From an uncultured Chloroflexia bacterium (GTDB taxonomy: Bacteria; Chloroflexota; Limnocylindria; Limnocylindrales; CSP1-4), in NCBI GenBank assembly GCA_963768655.1, contig CAVYIM010000004.1, positions 288,001 to 352,000 of the forward strand: a stretch of DNA of 64,000 nt, in the 5' to 3' direction. Both the position numbers and the translations under genes were made by a program. Below are positions 60,899 to 64,000 of this stretch, piece after piece. Position 1 is the first letter of the stretch. The number at the start of each line of letters is the position of its first letter. The notes under the pieces were generated by a model. It searched no databases. It was not told where the DNA came from and was given only the letters and a program-made list of their open reading frames with translations.

Positions 60899-62076
60899 TC
60901 CAGATGAGATCGAGTTGTTGCTTATCTCGGCTGGCCGCCGCTGGTCTCGTCTTGTCGGTGGTGGCAGGCGCTGCGTCAGGATGTTCAAACGGAATCGCGA
61001 GCCCCTCAGACAGGAGCACAAGCGCAGACGTACCCGGCCCAGTCGACGGCACGGCCACTCTGCTCGCCGATGGACGTGTGCTCCTGGCCGGAGGGTATTC
61101 GGGCGCGAACACCCCGGTCACCGCCTCGGCCGAACTGTACGACCCGACGACCAACACGTTCGCTCCGACAGGGCCGATGACCACTCCGCGCGAGGGCCAC
61201 ACGGCGACCCTTCTCGATGATGGACAGGTCCTGATCGCCGGAGGTGCAAACGACAAAGACGGCGCCCTGACATCGGCCGAGCTGTACAACCCGAAAACGG
61301 GCAAGTTCACACCGACCGGGTCGCTGAGCGCGGACAACTCGGGCGGGATGGCGACCATCCTGAAGGATGGCCGGGTCCTTGTCCTCGACTTCCGCGATGT
61401 CATAGCCGATGTGTACGATCCACGCACGGGAACGTTCAGTTCCACCGGCCGGATGGCCGACGCTCACAGATGGGGAGGCCTCACGTTGCTCGCGGACGGG
61501 CGCGTCCTGCTCGTCGGCGGCGAGGACGCCCAGTTGCACGACCTGGCGTCCGCAGAGATCTACGACCCATCGACGGGCACTTTCGGCTTCACGGGCTCGA
61601 TGACCACGGCCCGCTCGGAACCTACCGCGACGCTGCTATCCGACGGCCGGGTTCTCATCGCGGGTGGCCAGTCCGACTACGCCCACACCATCGGATACTC
61701 GGAGTTATACGACCCGAAGACCGGCGTGTTTACGCCGAGCGGCACGATGATCGAGCCCCGCAGCGATCATGTCGCCGTTTCACTCGCCGACGGACGCGTC
61801 CTACTCGTCGGCGGAACGGACGCGATCGGACGTGCTATCTCGTCCGCCGAATTGTATGACCCAAGGACCGGCACTTTCAGCTCAACGGGCTCGATGGCCG
61901 TGGATAGGTATTGGCCCGTTGCCGTACTTGTCCCCGACGGCCGCGTGTTCGTCGCCGGCGGCCAGGGCAATGCCGCTAGCCAAAGCAACGGCGGGGGCCA
62001 ATTCATCGACAACACGCCCGAGGCTTCGGCCGAGCTGTACGACCCGAGCACCGGTTCGTTCAGCCCGGCGGGATAG
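60895..62076 (+). CDS. Kelch/galactose-oxidase-type beta-propeller lipoprotein
   Basis: Lipobox AASGC; about seven repeats of ATLL.DGRVL..GG...SAELYDP.TG.F..TG.M. Confidence 0.88.
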   Translation: MIQMRSSCCLSRLAAAGLVLSVVAGAASGCSNGIASPSDRSTSADVPGPVDGTATLLADGRVLLAGGYSGANTPVTASAELYDPTTNTFAPTGPMTTPREGHTATLLDDGQVLIAGGANDKDGALTSAELYNPKTGKFTPTGSLSADNSGGMATILKDGRVLVLDFRDVIADVYDPRTGTFSSTGRMADAHRWGGLTLLADGRVLLVGGEDAQLHDLASAEIYDPSTGTFGFTGSMTTARSEPTATLLSDGRVLIAGGQSDYAHTIGYSELYDPKTGVFTPSGTMIEPRSDHVAVSLADGRVLLVGGTDAIGRAISSAELYDPRTGTFSSTGSMAVDRYWPVAVLVPDGRVFVAGGQGNAASQSNGGGQFIDNTPEASAELYDPSTGSFSPAG

Positions 62077-62228
62077 CGGATCCGTTCGGTCAGCGGCGGC
62101 TCCGAAGGCGCATCGTGGTGCGGGCATTCCCATGCCGGTGTCGCAGCCGCTATAGTTCGAGTGTCATGTTGACCACGTCCGGCGGTCTGGCTCGCCCTCG
62201 GGAGTAGGCCGTATCGCGGAGGCAACAT

Positions 62229-62654
62229 ATGGAGAGCACATCGAGCTCGTTGTTCATCGGGGCACTCCTGGCCCTGATAGCGGGCGGGCTCATTCCATAT
62301 GCCTCAGTAGGCGCCGCGCTTTCCTTACATCTTGTGAGACTACCTGACTGCCCACCCGCATACGTCGAGTACTTCGCCAAACGAAACGACCCCGATCATC
62401 CGACCGATCTGCTCGCGAGACTCCTCTCCCGTAGGCGCGATTTCGAGAAGACCCATTCGATCCATGTCGAGGCTGGGCTCGAGAACGTCATCCTCATCAT
62501 CCTGTGCAACTTTCTGCCGATCGTGGCCAACATAGCGCAGGATCCCTACTACACGGCTGGGCCACTGCTCAGACTGTTCACCGCAGCGTTCTTCGTCTGT
62601 GAGGGGCTTTGGTTCTGGTGGTTCCTGCGGTTCGTATCGCGCAATCGGCCATAA
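62229..62654 (+). CDS. Membrane protein, possible distant member of immunity family I
   Basis: RBS ggagg; PPAY..F..R, NFLP, DPY, GLW echo 37002 and 46018. Confidence 0.55.
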   Translation: MESTSSSLFIGALLALIAGGLIPYASVGAALSLHLVRLPDCPPAYVEYFAKRNDPDHPTDLLARLLSRRRDFEKTHSIHVEAGLENVILIILCNFLPIVANIAQDPYYTAGPLLRLFTAAFFVCEGLWFWWFLRFVSRNRP

Positions 62655-62657
62655 GGA

Positions 62658-62789
62658 CCGACCACCTACACCTACGACCCCGCCGGGCACCTGCTCACCA
62701 TCGACGATGGCACGGCGGCCCAGGAGGTCACCTTCACCATCGATGCCGCCGGCCGTCACGCGAGCGAGGTTATCGGGTCGGGAGCGACG
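62658..62789 (+). repeat. Rhs core type A fragment (132 bp)
   Basis: PTTYTYDPAGHLLTIDDGTAAQ.VTFTIDAAGRHASEVIGSGAT, matches 35455-35586. Confidence 0.9.
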
Positions 62790-62959
62790 CAGTAGGCATC
62801 GTCTTCTTCACACCGACAAGGTCGCCGCTCTCCTGTTCGTTGCGGATTCAGGCGGACCACTGACTGCACAGTTTGTGACTTTCGAGGTGCCACCGCCGGA
62901 TTGGACAACCACGCACTGAAGACGGCGCGGCACAATCAGGCAAGATCGCTGATCGGACG

Positions 62960-64000
62960 CTACGGTGCACCCACTGGCGCACCTGCCGGTGTTAGGGCGA
63001 CCACCGTCGATTTCAGCGCCGTCACCCGTGACGTAGACGGTCCCATCTGACCCGACGGCGAGGTTGAGAGACGTGTAGCTGCCGGACAGTTGGTATGGCC
63101 ATCCCGGCCGTGGCGTGCCGTCCGGTCCATAGGCGGAGACCATCGTGCCGGTGACTACATACACCGTCCCGTCCGGCGCGATAGTCGGTTCTCCCCGTGT
63201 GTCGATGAGGTTCTTAGGCCACGTGGACAATGGAAGCCCATCGGACCCAAGTGCGATCGTCGGTCCGGGCACCTCCGTATTGCCATGTGTCACCGACTCC
63301 GTTACGTAGACAACGCCCGTCGGTCCGATGACCGGCGCGTACCAGTACGTGCCTTTGGCGACTGAGAATGGGTGCCAATTGGACATCAGTGCCCCCGTCG
63401 GGTCAAGAGCGACCAACTCGTCTAGGGCCGTGGACCCGCCGAAAGTTTCTACGTAGGTCGTTCCGTCCGGGGCTACGACGAAGGAGCCCGCCTGGACCCC
63501 TGGCAGGGTCAAGGATGACCAGTTCGGCTTGGCGGTTCCATCGGGCTCATAGGCGGCGATCGTCCTCCCAGCCGCGACGTACAGGGCCCCATCAGGGGCG
63601 AGAGTTGGGCTCTGGAGGTCTGTACGCGCCGGCGGCCACCCGGGTCTGGGCTTGGCATCGGGACCATAGGCATATACACGGTTCAGCATCGACGATGTCG
63701 TGATCGTGCTCGTTCCGACGTACACCGTCCCGTCCGAACTGAGAACGAAGTTCTGGCCCGGTTGTCCCTGAAGGTGGGTGGGCCACCCGGCCATCGCCTT
63801 GCCCGACGAGTCGACAGCATAGATGTAGTTGTCGGCCTGAGTCGTTCCCTCGAAATAGGCAGTGCTGTCAGCGGCAAACTTGACCTGCCAAGGCATCGAA
63901 CTCAGAGGTACCGGCCACCCGGGCATCGCTTTCCCATCGGTCCCCAAGGCGACCAAGTGCCCGGGCGAGTCGTTGCTCAGGCCACCAGAGACCACGTATA
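62960..64000 (-). CDS. PQQ-like beta-propeller repeat protein (5' end outside window; likely frameshift at ~63012)
   Basis: Repeats of DGTVYV...A(Y/L)..DG...PGWP; removing one base at gatttc 63009-63014 gives STVVALTPAGAPVGAP*. Confidence 0.75.

Noticed and set aside
35233-62789. Diversity-generating retroelement (template/variable repeat pairs)
   Set aside because: No reverse transcriptase in the window, and differences between repeats are not adenine-specific
35233-62789. Integron cassette array
   Set aside because: No tyrosine integrase and no regular attC-like palindromes; boundaries are Rhs-core homology
33642-62789. Type VI or type VII secretion locus
   Set aside because: No VgrG, PAAR, Hcp, sheath, WXG100 or FtsK-like genes in the window
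1-64000. CRISPR array, tRNA or rRNA
   Set aside because: No regularly spaced short repeats, cas genes, cloverleaf or rRNA-like sequence seen by eye

Overview
High-GC bacterial window (gene content is reminiscent of Chloroflexota, but that is inference only) with four blocks. (1) 1-10.9 kb: a co-oriented catabolic operon (methylmalonate-semialdehyde dehydrogenase, SDR, MBL hydrolase, cupin, split transketolase, UPF0261/Tm-1-like protein, PEP-hydrolase-like TIM barrel, ComB-like phosphatase). It is built around a pyruvate-phosphate dikinase whose C-terminal PEP/pyruvate barrel is replaced by a winged-helix domain. (2) 11.4-30 kb: a galactan/beta-galactoside utilisation locus (GH2, GH42, GH53, ABC transporter, soluble LacI-sensor/HK/REC/AraC hybrid regulator) that also carries an uncharacterised 610-aa protein and a Zn-ribbon protein. 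(3) 30.8-35.1 kb: a Tat-exported DUF362 protein, a membrane polyferredoxin, and a protein with an LQxxAGNxAV motif and an HExxH motif. (4) 35.2-62.8 kb: a ~27 kb array of orphan Rhs C-terminal cassettes of two core types, with no full-length parent rhs in the window. The cassettes carry mosaic, Cys-rich, hydrophobic (bacteriocin-like) tips and mostly integral-membrane putative immunity genes, and three nearly identical IS256 copies with 8-bp target duplications interrupt the array. The Rhs array is the best candidate for an undescribed system; the truncated-PPDK operon is second. Several single-base lesions, some at GAWTC or next to GATC, may be sequencing artefacts.
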